The notes under the pieces were generated by a model. It ran no database searches and was not told the origin of the DNA. It saw only the letters and a program-made list of their open reading frames with translations. From Antedon mediterranea (taxonomy: Eukaryota > Animalia > Echinodermata): 64,000 nt of DNA. The DNA lies in contig NC_092673.1 in assembly GCF_964355755.1 (NCBI RefSeq), positions 22,813,648 to 22,877,647 of the forward strand, given 5' to 3'. Shown here in pieces: positions 52,101 through 63,594 of the stretch (position 1 is the stretch's first letter; each line of letters opens with the position of its first letter). The position numbers were made by a program, and so were the translations under genes.

Positions 52101-55100
52101 TATATATTTCATATTACTTTATTTTAAAATATTACCTGCAACAACAATAGCTTTAGCTAATCCACCGGAATGTTGAAGTCGTTCATTTGCAGCATTTACA
52201 ATAGCATCAACATTCATTTCAGTCATATCTGCTTTACACACGATCAACTCAACTCCTCCTTTCATCTTGTGTCGCAACAGTACTTGCATTGATTCACTAC
52301 TTGTGAACTTGCCATCAACCCCAATAATACATTTAAAGCTATTTTCCACAGATTTTAAATCTCGTTTTCCTTTATCACTTTTAAAATAGTTTGTCATACC
52401 TGGTTCAGATATCAAATGTTGACCTGTTTTAATCTTGCTTTCAAAGTCAGTTATCCAATCTTTAGCTTTATCAGTACCACTACGATTACCTTTGATTAGG
52501 ATATAGCCACAGCTGGCATTGGGTGTTAACTTCACACAAGAAGAATCTAATTCTTTTTCAATGGTAGAAATTTCATTTAAATGATGGTTTTCTAATAACA
52601 GAATTAGTTTTTTGTCCATAGCTCTTTTCATCTGTAAAATCTGGTTTGATTTTAAAAATGTGTTGAGTTTGGTAACAACCTCATCAACAGCCGTGTCAAA
52701 TCCTGTAATCATGATGCATGTTTCACCTTTTATTTGAGACACTCTTTTAACTGTCACCCGGTCTAGCTTGTTAAAAGATTCAAACAGTTCTTTACCTTCA
52801 GCTTTTTCCATTACTTTAATTTGATTAGTTGAAAGAGCATATTTCTGGCATATTACTATTTTCTCAATAGACGATCTTGCAGCCTTGGCATGGTCAAAAG
52901 AAGTAGAATATACTTTCACACGGTTTTCCTCAATAGCATATGCAATGTTAACATTATTGTCCTTTTGTAGCTCTATAACATCATCATAGAAATTCATCAG
53001 AAACGTTCTAATTTCAGATTCACACAGGAAAGAGATCTCAACGATGTTCTCTAGCTCTTTGTAAAGACACAATTTAGCTTCATTTATGTTTTGAGGAAGT
53101 CCTTTAAATGTTATTGTACTGCTACTATCATCCACAAAGAATTCTACTCCAAATTTACTCTTCAAAGTTTTTTCAAAATCAAGCAAATGAATTTTTTTCA
53201 TTTTTAAGGGTTTACATTTTTCAGATTCCTCTTTTGTCTCCTTTTTAGTTCTGATTTCATCTTTCATATTCTTGAGTTGTGTTGTGAGCTCATGAAATGT
53301 GTTTCCAACGATACGCCTTACCCCTACAATTATCAGGGATGGTGACGAGTCATCCAGTTGCAATTTTACACCTTCTACCTCTGCCTTTTTAATGTATGGC
53401 TGGAAATCTTCAAAGCATTCATCACCAACTTCTAACTTCCTTATGTCAAATTCGTCAATGAGGCGTTTGAAATTACTTTGAGCATAATCATCCCAATTAT
53501 GAATTTTCTTAAGGTTCAACGCAGAATAAGCATGTAATCTTACATCAGGAGAATCTTGTTTATACTCAATCTGTATTCCAGCAGCAGAGAGTTCGTTCAT
53601 AAACTGTTGATTCTTACAAGCAAAGCTTAACAGGTAAGGATCAACCCTTAGAAATATCTCGTTGGCGGTTAAGAATTCATCTAGTTTGCTGATAACTTCA
53701 CCAACAGCCGTGTCAAATCCTGTAATCATGATGCATGTTTCACCTTTTATTTGAGACACTCCTCTAACTGTCACCCGGTCTAGCTTGTTAAAATATTCAA
53801 GCAGTTCTTTACCTGCAGCTGTTTCCATTACTTTAATTTGATCACTTGAAAGAAGATATTTCTGGCATTTTATTATTTTCTCAATAGATGATCTTGCAGC
53901 CTTGGCATTGTCAAGAGAAGTAGAGTATACTTTCACACGGTTTTCCTCAATAGCATATGCAATGTTAAGATTATTGTCCCTTTGTAGCTGTATAACATCA
54001 TCATAGAAATTCATCAAGAATGTGCACATTTCAAACTCACACTGGAAAGAGATCTCCACAACGTTCTCTAGCTCTTTGTAAAGACACAGTTTAGCTTCAC
54101 TTATGTTACTTTGAAGTCCTTTAAATGTTATTGTACTGCTACTATCATCAACTAAGAATTCTACTCCAAATTTAGTCTTCAAAGGTTTTTCAAAATCAAG
54201 CAAATTAATTTTTTTCATTTTTAAGGGTTTACATTTTTCAGATTCCTCTTTTGTCTCCTTTTTAGTTTTGATTTCATCTTTCATATTCTTGAGTTGTGTT
54301 GTGAGCTCATGAAATGTGTTTCCAACGATACGCCTTACCCCTACAATTATCAGGGATGGTGACGAGTCATCCAGTTGCAATTTTACACCTTCTACCTCTG
54401 CCTTTTTAATGTATGGCTGGAAATCTTCAAAGCATTCATTACCAACTTCTAACTTCCTTATGTCAAATTCGTCAATGAGGCGTTTGAAATTACTTTGAGC
54501 ATAATCATCCCAATTATGAATTTTCTTAAGGTTCAACGCAGAATAAGCATGTAATCTTACATCAGGAGAATCTTGCTTATACTCAATCTGTATTCCAGCA
54601 GCAGAGAGTTCGTTCATAAACTGTTGATTCTTACAAGCAAAGCTTAACAGGTAAGGATCAACCCTTAGAAATATCTCGTTGGCGGTTAAGAATTCATCTA
54701 GTTTGCTGATAACTTCACCAACAGCCGTGTCAAATCCTGTAATCATGATGCATGTTTCACCTTTTATTTGAGACACTCTTCTAACTGTCACCCGGTCTAG
54801 CTTGTTAAAATATTCAAGCAGTTCTTTACCTGCAGCTGTTTCCATTACTTTAATTTGATCACTTGAAAGAAGATATTTCTGGCATTTTATTATTTTCTCA
54901 ATAGATGATCTTGCAGCCTTGGCATTGTCAAGAGAAGTAGAGTATACCTTCACACGGTTTTCCTCAATAGCATATGCAATGTTAAGATTATTGTCCCTTT
55001 GTAGCTGTATAACATCATCATAGAAATTCATCAAGAATGTGCACATTTCAGAATCACACTGGAAAGAGATCTCCACAACGTTCTCTAGCTCTTTGTAAAG

Positions 55101-58100
55101 ACACAGTTTAGCTTCACTTATGTTACTTTGAAGTCCTTTAAATGTTATTGTACTGCTACTATCATCAACTAAGAATTCTACTCCAAATTTAGTCTTCAAA
55201 GTTTTTTCAAAATCAAGCAAATGAATTTTTTTCATTTTTAAAGGTTTACATTTTTCAGATTCCTCTTTTGTCTCCTTTTTAGTTTTGATTTCATCTTTCA
55301 TATTCTTGAGTTGTGTTGTGAGCTCATGTAATGTGTTTCCAACGATACGCCTTACCCCTACAATTATCAGGGATGGTGACGAGTCATCCAGTTGCAATTT
55401 TACACCTTCTACCTCTGCCTTTTTAATGTATGGCTGGAAATCTTCAAAGCATTCATCACCAACTTCTAACTTCCTTATGTCAAATTCGTCAATGAGGCGT
55501 TTGAAATTACTTTGAGCATAATCATCCCAATTATGAATTTTCTTAAGGTTCAACGCAGAATAAGCATGTAATCTTACATCAGGAGAATCTTGCTTATACT
55601 CAATCTGTATTCCAGCAGCAGAGAGTTCGTTCATAAACTGTTGATTCTTACAAGCAAAGCTTAACAGGTAAGGATCAACCCTTAGAAATATCTCGTTGGC
55701 GGTTAAGAATTCATCTAGTTTGCTGATAACTTCACCAACAGCAGTGTCAAATCCTGTAATCATGATACATGTTTCACCTTTTATTTGAGACACTCCTCTA
55801 ACTGTCACCCGGTCTAGCTTGTTAAAAGATTCAAGCAGTTCTTTACCTGCAGCTGTTTCCATTACTTTAATTTGATCACTTGAAAGAAGATATTTCTGGC
55901 ATTTTATTATTTTCTCAATAGATAATCTTGCAGCCTTGGCATTGTCAAGAGAAGTAGAGTATACTTTCACACGGTTTTCCTCAATAGCATATGCAATGTT
56001 AAGATTATTGTCCCTTTGTAGCTGTATAACATCATCATAGAAATTCATCAAGAATGTGCACATTTCAGACTCACACTGGAAAGAGATCTCCACAACGTTC
56101 TCTAGCTCTTTGTAAAGAAACAGTTTAGCTTCATTTATGTTTTGAGGAAGTCCTTTAAATGTTATTGTACTGCTACCATCATCTACAAAGAATTCTACTC
56201 CAAATTTACTCTTCAAAGTTTTTTCAAAATCAAGCAAATGAATTTTTTTCATTTTTAAGGGTTTACATTTTTCAGATTCCTCTTTTGTCTCCTTTTTAGT
56301 TTTGATTTCATCTTTCATATTCTTGAGTTGTGTTGTGAGCTCATGAAATGTGTTTCCAACGATACGCCTTACCCCTACAATTATCAGGGATGGTGACGAG
56401 TCATCCAGTTGGAATTTTACACCTTCTACCTCTGCCTTTTTAATGTATGGCTGGAAATCTTCAAAGCATTCATCACCAACTTCTAACTTCCTTATGTCAA
56501 ATTCGTCAATGAGGCGTTTGAAATTACTTTGAGCATAATCATCCCAATTATGAATTTTCTTAAGGTTCAACGCAGAATAAGCATGTAATCTTACATCAGG
56601 AGAATCTTGCTTATACTCAATCTGTATTCCAGCAGCAGAGAGTTCGTTCATAAACTGTTGATTCTTACAAGCAAAGCTTAACAGGTAAGGATCTACCTTT
56701 AGAAAAACTGTATCTAGTTTCCATCGATCGTCATCTGACTTGACTTCGCCAATTTCATCATAGTAGCAACATATATCCAGATCTTTATCCTGAAGTTTCT
56801 GAAATTTCCTTTCACAGACTGATTTCACAACTAAAATTATAGAAATCCGAAAAATAATAGATAAAAGAATCTGAATTGATCTTAATTAGGAAAACGTTTG
56901 TTAATTTTTTTACAGCCAGACAGTACCGTATATAATATAATTCAAGTGTTATCTCAGTTCAAAAAGTGATTTGCCATAGGATATGGTCCAACTTTTTTGA
57001 AAAACTAAATATAAACTAGCAATAGTACCCGTTGACGGGTAGGTTGTAGACCTGTTAAGCAAACACATGTACAGTACAACTATAAGCAAAAGTTGAAAAC
57101 TCATTTTCTATGTTTTAAATCCATTGATATGCAAAGGATTGATAGGGCTATGGTAGGCTAAATGCAATGTATATGCTGTCACTAAAGCCTGTTTGCCTTG
57201 TAGTGATTGGGGACAGGATAGTGAAAACTGGGTGTATTTATAGTCACAGGAGCAGGAGAGTAGTTCGGTAGTTTCCTTTAGAACCATTTCTGCTTTTCAG
57301 AAACTTCAAAATTAAGGAGTGAAACAAGGTTGTTTGTGTTATAGCTCCAATCCTTTTATCAATATTTTCATCAACGGTACTCCATCTTTTTAAGAGGCTA
57401 CTACATGAAATAGATCTCCGTTATAATCGATGAAAAACTTTATATTCAACCTCGGCCAAACGAAGATAACCACTACCTTTACAGTAAAAGAGCTGCAGTT
57501 TCACGTACCTTGGTAGCTGCATCTCATCTAAAGCAGACAAAATTATGAAATATGAATGAATGTCGCAAGTATAGATTTTTGACATCTAAAAACCTAAAAC
57601 TAGCAATTATTCAGCACAACATTGCAGCTTACAATGCTTAAGCAAAAAAGCAGCTTAAGCAGTGCACTCACAGGGATAAGTTTCTTCACAAATAAGCAAT
57701 TAAGGAGCACACGATTGCAGCTGAATTTCCAGAGGAAAAAGTCCCCAAGCGAAATAGAAAATAGTCAGACAACCAGAATTAACTACTACAGAAATAGCAA
57801 AATAAGCATAAATAGCATGGTCTTAGCTCCAAAAGAGCCAAAAAGTCTGTATGCTAAGCACAGGTAAAAGCTACAAAAACTCCAAAAGGACCAATCCTGC
57901 GCCTTACTCCACATAGGTGAGGATGTATATGTGATGGTAACAAATTTACTCTACGGCTCCAAAACCAGGATCACTTACGTTGGAATCTCAAGATTTTTGA
58001 AAAGTACTACCAGAGATATCTCCAAAACATCCTAAATATATAATGGACAGTAATGCGTATGTGAGAGCACAAGTATCACGTCCAGTATTGAAGTCACCAT

Positions 58101-61100
58101 CATAAAAAATACGCATCGATGGGTGGGTCATGTTACGCTCAAGGAAAACGATAAACTGCCAAAGCAGATTATGCTTGTGCTGCGTAATAGCGCTCAAAGG
58201 GAGGGTAGATCAAATACTACAAAGACAACCTGAAACAGAATTATAATGTAGGTAGAGGTACGCACTTTCGGGGTTTATACTGTTTTATCTATATATAAAT
58301 TATGCTTAATTCTGACATAGGCCTAGGAGTGTACAATGGAAAAACTGTTGTAAAGATCTCAGATGTACCGCGAAACGCAGATTTGATAACATTAGTGTTC
58401 ACTATTATGATATTGTTCCATATTTCACTCTTAGGAAGATATTATAGAAGGTTTTAAAACAAAATGTCTGATTTCATTTGTCAATTTTCAACTGTCTGTG
58501 GTACAATGCTCATTAAAACTCTGTTTTTTTAATTGCGCAGCTCGATGATCATCGCCAAATTTCAATGATAAAATATGAATTGGTAATTTATAGAATTAAG
58601 ATGTGAGGTATTGCAATAATAAAACTACTTGAAATCAACACAAAAAAGTGCACATGATGGTGGTAGTCGAAATTAGATAATGCGCGCAGACAACGAAAAT
58701 ATAAAATACCAAACTATAATGTGGGTGTATTTTTGTTTGTTAATTATGTTCAGTAAATTTGAAGAATTTTAGACACAAAAAAACGAGATGCACGCTATTT
58801 TAAATGTGGTGAATTTTTACGAAAGAGACGAAAATCTGAATTTTTGATGATGATGTCATGACATCAGATAGACAAAATGTTTATATGAATTCATACCTAC
58901 AAGTCAACAACTTCCATAATAAGTTTTAATCATGCGGGTTACTTTTCATTCAAAGGAGCTATAACAGATTGAAATATACTGTATAGACGAAATTAAGTAA
59001 GTCACGTTATTCTAAATTTTTTATTATGATGACGTAATCAAAAACACATTTTTTTAAACGCATGTGAAAGAGAATTTACTGAGAAAGAACATATTAAAAT
59101 CTAGGGCGAAATGGGTAACAATAAGCGTAATGTGCTCTTTTAAATGGGATTAACTAGTACTAAAGCGAAAAAAATTCTATTTTTAAAGTTCGAGTGGCCA
59201 TGGTGACGTCAGAACATTCAATAGGTATAAATTTTACATGAATTGATATCTACAACTCATTAGCTTCCACAACATATTTTTTTAAATTGGGTAACCAGCC
59301 ATCCTAAGGAGCTATAACTGATTAAAAATAGGTTAATTTTTTTCACAGATTTGTATTAAATTACCCATTTTTTAGCACACTATTATTAAAGTTAAACATG
59401 CACGTGCGTTGTTATTTTGCAATTTAAGTTCATCAAAATTAATAAAATCTACTACAACAGAAGATATAAAAAACAAAAATCAATTTTAAAAATGGCCTAT
59501 TATGCTGCTTACAAGCTGCGTGCGCAAATGTGCGCGTACAACGGAAAAAAAATAGCAAATTTTTAAATGCTCAAAATGACCTGAAATACACATGACATCG
59601 ATTAGAAAATTATTTTTTTCGTAATATAAAATTTTAATTGCGCGTGCACACTTAATTTCTTGTGCAATAAGCCATTTTTATTGAAAGAAAGAAGAATGAA
59701 GAGGATGAAAAAAAATAACTGACAATAACAAGGGTTATCTGTAATAACAATGATATCAATGGCCACGGCGTTTAACTCACTTGTCTAACTGTGATTTACA
59801 AAATATATTGGCCTATTATGTTGCTTACGAGCTGCGTGCGCAAATGTGCGCTCGCAACGAAAAAAAAATCGAACATTTTTTAATACTCAAAATGACTTCA
59901 AATACGCATAAAATTGATTATAAAATTATTTTTTTCGCAATATTAAATTTTAATTGTGCATGCACACATAATTTCTTGTGCAATAAGCCATTTTTATTCC
60001 ATACAAAGTTGACCCCTTATATAAATTATGATTTTATGAAGTTTCAATAAAAAATTACTTATCGTTCTGAATTTATGATCAATCATAGAATTTCATAAAA
60101 TCGCAGCGCAACGAAAACCTTATTACGACATCTTCAGATAAAGGTTAAAATTCTGGTAAAGTTACAAAATGATATGCTTACAAGTTTTTGAGATAGGCTG
60201 TGCAAAAAAATCGTGGAAAGAAAGAAGAATAAAGAGGATGAAAAAAAAGATCCTGACAATAACAAGGGTTATCCGCAATAACATTGATATCAATGGCCAC
60301 AGCGTTTAACTCACTTGTCTAGCCGTGATTTACAAAATATATTGTGTTCCAAGGATAGGTGTAATTAATTAAAACTTCAACAACGTGATCAGTCGATCAG
60401 TTTGCTGGCTGCCTATACTAAACACTGTTTTAATTTGGCGGCTTGCCATGGTATTTGTTGAATTGTGTTACACAACAGAGAAGGTTGGCCGCTGTGAGAC
60501 GTCAACTTACCGTTTGGCGGTTTCGGAGGAGATACGTAAAATTATGCGAATAATTAGATTAGATTGATAGATAATGCTGTACGCAGTTTAGTAGATAGTA
60601 ATATAAAAAGCTATGCGGCTACACCAATTTTCATCCCCATCCACCCTCTGGATCAGTCAGAGAGATCATGTGCGAGATAAAACGTTCCGCTGTGGGCATG
60701 TGCGTCCAGCAATAACAAAATAAATGGTTAGATATTCAACCAAAAACCCATTGACTGGCAGATATTTTTTGCTTCAAATTTCTTTTCGATCCAATTTTTT
60801 ATCAAAGTGGATAACTATTAAAAATTAAAATGGCATATTTAAAAACAAATTTTTTAAGAATTTTTTTTCAGGGGGACAATACATCTTTAAAATATTTAAA
60901 TAATAAATACCTGATATTGAGAAAATAACGGTTTTTAACACTTTTAATAATATATCTCGGACAAAAGGTAAAAGGTAAAAACCCATTTAGTAGGCCGGGC
61001 CCATAGCAAGGCCAATAATAATATTTTTTCCACCAAAAAAATAGGGATCCCCCTTGGATACGAGCCTGAATGAATTTAGCTGTTTTGTGCCTTGTCGTCA

Positions 61101-62396
61101 GAAGATTAATAGATCTGTAAAAATAATTTAATAAATATAATATTTTTGAAACTTCTATCTTACAAATACAAGGCGATTTTCAGCTGGTGAATGCAAAATC
61201 AAGTACCACAAACCTTTATAGTTTTGAAATTGTATTTTCGATTCTTGTCTTTCTTTATCCAGATACATATCTAGTATTAGTCCACCACCACTACTCCTAT
61301 GGTTTTCAAAATAAAGCTTCAGCACCTCCTCAGTACATGACTTGTTCAAGTTCTTGACAATGATTGTGTCAGCAACAAAAACTGTCTTTGCATTGATTAT
61401 CGAACCAAACAGTTTTGTTTTTGTAATCTCTAATATCACCTTATCAATATCTGTAAAATAACAAACAATTTAGAATATATTAAAGGCAATTGACACACAT
61501 CTCAATCTTATTAAACAAAAAGTATTGATATATTTTGATAATTTAGTTTTTATTCAGTAATGTGTTTTAATGTCATTCAATTTTTACCAAAAAAATGCTG
61601 GACAAATGTTTTCATAGCCCTTGTATTTGTACTCAATATTTAATAATTATGTTGAGTTAAAAAGAAAAATAATTAAATGGCTTTGAACCCATAAAAAATT
61701 GAACTCTTCAGCTTCTACAGCATGTAGCTACGTGGCTGTGCTTAGAATAGCATGGCTTGATAACCATGTATGTAAATTGTACGTCATAAATCCCTGTAAA
61801 CATATAGTTTAAGCTAACCATGTAAATTTCCCTATACGGGACCTAGAAATGCATCAAATTGTCAGTCACTTGAGTACTTGTATGCATACAAAGTGGTTAC
61901 ATTTTGAGTTGTTTTTATTAAATGACATATACTGAACAGAAACATTATAACTTAATTAATCTCTAATACGTTAATAAATAGCATGCAAAACATGTTTTCT
62001 AGATAATTGTTTTTTTTTATATAATATATTTTCTAAATTTTCACAAGCATTATATTAAAAAAAAAAAACAAGTATTGTTTGTTGTGGTATTTTAGCTTCC
62101 ATTCTTAGTTATGGTAACTAAAATTACAATCTACATTAGTGAAATATTACCTGTAATTGGATCCGTGTAAGTCACCATAGCTTTTGTACGATCTTTTCCA
62201 AATTCTACTGTAGGTTCACTCATTGAAGTAACTTTTCCCAAATAGAGGTCAAACGTTTCCTCATTTAATTGTTTTGGAAGATCAGTAATTAACAAACTAT
62301 GCTTATCAAGAGGTCTAACTCGCTTCGTACAAAGTCTAACTGTCAATCTTGTTCCAGATAGCTCATGATGCTCCTGTTGAACCACTGCCTCAGCAA
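27945..62396 (-). CDS. PARP14: PARP14-like macro-PARP (RRM-like, KH-like array, 3 macrodomains, WWE, N-terminal half of the ART domain); 5'-partial, 3' catalytic exon not found
   Basis: 16 exons with consistent phases: 62151-62396, 61214-61450, 52136-56830, 51317-51891, 50956-51189, 50250-50465, 49780-49849, 40178-40363, 39754-39825, 38349-38534, 36084-36287, 35605-35774, 33365-33442, 32785-33151, 28383-28537, 27945-28119 (about 2620 codons). Motifs: LYFENHRSSGGG, DAIVNAANERLQHSGG, PAISSGIFGYP, PALGTG, PAIGTG, WWE-like KWLY...LLERAY...YEVNF, RIQN...LYHGT...GFNRSYAGKN. Symbol denotes the family; orthology not shown. Confidence 0.9.
28383..28537 (-). CDS. PARP14: PARP14-like exon, start of ART domain
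   Basis: VPTTWS...GSSEYHDVVDKF, matching the PxxW...SxEYxxV pattern at the start of macro-PARP catalytic domains. Confidence 0.85.
29945..31400 (-). mobile_element. Gypsy-like LTR retrotransposon 5' remnant (LTR end, PBS, gag, protease fragment), intronic
   Basis: Minus strand ...TGTCA followed by PBS TGGTGATCCTACCAGGA (31237-31221); degraded gag KQIG..KL..QIE...KGY...LRIYL...DLYQEL...DFVMRAKSLRQRV; protease-like FDTGSQV. Confidence 0.75.
32785..33151 (-). CDS. PARP14: PARP14-like exon, KH-like end plus WWE domain
   Basis: VKIRGRTVNVMAAINDI...VKWLYKNENG...LLERAY...YEVNFKKMIE. Confidence 0.88.
33365..33442 (-). CDS. PARP14: PARP14-like small exon (not in ORF track)
   Basis: tctag / gtatgt; TLKKEVFSRFIEQYEVKLFEIACKHE; phase 0-0. 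Confidence 0.75.
33827..35585 (-). mobile_element. HINE family A copy with internally deleted nested family-B copies
   Basis: A end at 33827, B end at 35079, three B palindromes (35356, 35424, 35494), A palindrome at about 35557-35584. Confidence 0.8.
35605..35774 (-). CDS. PARP14: PARP14-like exon, post-macro KH-like segment
   Basis: DLFKSTW...LNIISLDEERIKGAKGKL; phase 1-0. Confidence 0.8.
36084..36287 (-). CDS. PARP14: PARP14-like exon, end of macrodomain 3
   Basis: GNIGKEPREAA...HLRNISIIVFDKRMTEEF; 204 bp, phase 1-1. Confidence 0.85.
36416..37446. mobile_element. Foldback/MITE-like element with TIRs and CACAAATGT subterminal tandem repeats
   Basis: ttgaacccacaaatgtga ... tcacatttgtgggttcaa; about 20 repeats on the left and inverted copies on the right; related fragment at 27752-27852. 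Confidence 0.75.
37552..38325. mobile_element. MITE with GGCC..TTCTGC termini and AATACGGTAT subterminal repeats
   Basis: ggcctgtttctgctg ... cagcagaagggcc. Confidence 0.6.
38349..38534 (-). CDS. PARP14: PARP14-like exon, macrodomain 3
   Basis: TGPGKLMCGGICH...LAFPAIGTG; gtaagt donor. Confidence 0.85.
39754..39825 (-). CDS. PARP14: PARP14-like exon, macrodomain 3 (followed by GC donor)
   Basis: GAVARAILKAGGETIQTEC; aatag acceptor; donor reads gcaagt. Confidence 0.8.
40178..40363 (-). CDS. PARP14: PARP14-like exon, start of macrodomain 3
   Basis: VKIEHGDITASDAYAIVNLT; 186 bp, phase 1-1. Confidence 0.85.
40604..49758 (-). mobile_element. Helentron-type non-autonomous element (HINE, family A) carrying four nested family-B copies
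   Basis: One end aactag + hairpin aattcgtc-acttt-gacgaatt + subTIR taggtgatcat; other end palindrome taggtgatcat...atgatcaccta next to AAG/AAT microsatellite; internal ~1.26-kb duplication. Confidence 0.8.
43365..49683 (-). mobile_element. Four ~1.55-kb HINE family-B copies arranged as two nested dimers (43365-46523 and 46524-49683)
   Basis: aactag + actcgtc-acttt-gacgagt + agttatc(c/g)gc at 43365, 44891, 46524 and 48041; closing palindromes agttatccgc-N5-gcggataact at 46449, 46499, 49608 and 49659. Confidence 0.85.
49780..49849 (-). CDS. PARP14: PARP14-like small linker exon (not in ORF track)
   Basis: tttag / gtaaag; AFICEIKNITPTTKKKGLKTTQM; bridges phase 0 to phase 1 as required. Confidence 0.75.
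50250..50465 (-). CDS. PARP14: PARP14-like exon, macrodomain 2 C-terminal part
   Basis: SIAIPALGTGNLKYP...LKEIHFVVY; 216 bp, phase 0-0. Confidence 0.9.
50956..51189 (-). CDS. PARP14: PARP14-like exon, macrodomain 2
   Basis: VDVIVNTT...GKVSKALLKAAGPQLQQEC...LQCKKVFH; 234 bp, phase 0-0. Confidence 0.9.
51317..51891 (-). CDS. PARP14: PARP14-like exon, rest of macrodomain 1 and start of macrodomain 2
   Basis: GEAVLTDAGNLPCKKVIHTVGP...SIAMPAISSGIFGYP; canonical splice sites. Confidence 0.9.
52136..56830 (-). CDS. PARP14: PARP14-like giant exon: 4 x 339-aa KH-like repeat units plus start of macrodomain 1
   Basis: 4695-bp open exon (ttttag / gtaat, phase 1-1) ending ELIVCKADMTEMNVDAIVNAANERLQHSGGLAKAIVVA. 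Confidence 0.92.
52639..56706 (-). repeat. Coding tandem repeat, 4 x 1017 bp
   Basis: FL(K/R)VDPYLLSFACKN recurs every 339 aa; antisense shadow ORFs end at 53481, 54498, 55515 and 56532 (spacing 1017). Confidence 0.97.
57600..58245 (+). mobile_element. RTE-clade LINE remnant (RT C-terminal region)
   Basis: LLYGSKT.ITY...EKYYQRYLQNILNI.W; SIEVTIIKNTHRWVGHV...KLPKQIM...YKDNLK. Confidence 0.75.
58700..60345 (-). mobile_element. Diverged HINE-related element with a local duplication of its end
   Basis: Body motifs shared with families A/B; end motif aataacaagggttatc... occurs at about 59725 and 60258; block tggcctattatg..gcttac..gctgcgtgcgcaaatg at 59493 and 59809. Confidence 0.6.
61214..61450 (-). 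CDS. PARP14: PARP14-like exon, RRM-like domain
   Basis: 237 bp, phase 1-1; TIIVKNL...LKLYFENHRSSGGG, typical of PARP14/PARP10-type RRMs. Confidence 0.85.
62151..62396 (-). CDS. PARP14: PARP14-like exon, RRM-like region
   Basis: ttag acceptor and gtaat donor, 246 bp, phase 1-1; VAEAVVQQEHHELSGTRLTV...SLLITDLP...FDLYL. Confidence 0.8.
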
Positions 62397-62426
62397 CTAA
62401 AATATAATTATGAATATTATACAATG

Positions 62427-63514
62427 AAACTATTGCTCATACAGGATAATTTACCAGGAAATAACCATGTAAACTATTGCTGCTACAGCATAATTTACCA
62501 GGAAACAACCATGTAAACTATTGCTGCTACAAGATAATTTACCAGGAAACAACCATGTAAACTATTGCTGCTACGCATAATTTACCAGGACAGGAAATAA
62601 CCATGTAAACTATTGCTGCTACAGGATAATTTACCGGGAAATAACCATGTAAACTATTGCTGCTACAGCATAATTTACCAGGAAATAACCATGCAAACTA
62701 TTGCTGCTACAGGATAATTTACCTGGAAACAACCATGTAAACTATTGCTGCTACAGGATAATTTACCAGGAAATAACCATGCAAACTATTGCTGCTACAG
62801 GATAATTTACCTGGAAACAACCATGTAAACTATTGCTGCTACAGGATAATTTACCAGGAAATAACCATGCAAACTATTGCTGCTACAGGATAATTTACCA
62901 GGAAACAACCATGTAAACTATTGCTGCTACAGGATAATTTACCAGGAAACAACCATGTAAACTATTGCTGCTACAGGATAATTTACCAGGAAACAACCAT
63001 GTAAACTATTGCTGCTACAGCATAATTTACCAGGAAGCAACCATGTAAACTATTGCTGCTACAGCATAATTTACCAGGAAATAACCATGCAAACTATTGC
63101 TGCTACAGCATAATTTACCAGGAATTGACCATGTAAACTATTGCTGCTACTACAGGATAATTTACCAGGAAACAACCATGTAAACTATTGCAATGCTGCT
63201 ACATCATAATTTACCAGGAAATAACCATGCAAACTATTGCTGCTACAGCATAATTTACTAGGAAACAACCATGTAGACTATTGCTGCTACAGGATAATTT
63301 ACTAGGAAACAACCATGTAAACTATTGCTGCTACAGCATAATTTACCAGGAAACAACCATGTAAACTATTGCTGCTACAGCATAATTTACCAGGAAAATA
63401 ACCATGTAAACTATTGTTGCTACAGCATAATTTACCAGGAAACAACCATGTAAACTATTGCTGCTACAGCATAATTTACCAGGAAACAACCATATAAACT
63501 ATTGCTGCTACAGG
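62427..63514. repeat. 44-bp minisatellite, about 24 copies (AGGATAATTTACCAGGAAACAACCATGTAAACTATTGCTGCTAC), intronic
   Basis: Direct tandem periodicity; begins about 30 bp from the acceptor of exon 62151-62396. Confidence 0.97.
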
Positions 63515-63594
63515 GTAAAACAATTATAGATTTTAAAAATTGTCTCGATTGTATATTATTAAATTAATTTAAAAAAAAGTTTAATAATAAAAAT

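Noticed and set aside
53299-56532. Repeated plus-strand 60-76 aa ORFs
   Set aside because: Antisense shadows of the PARP14-like coding repeat
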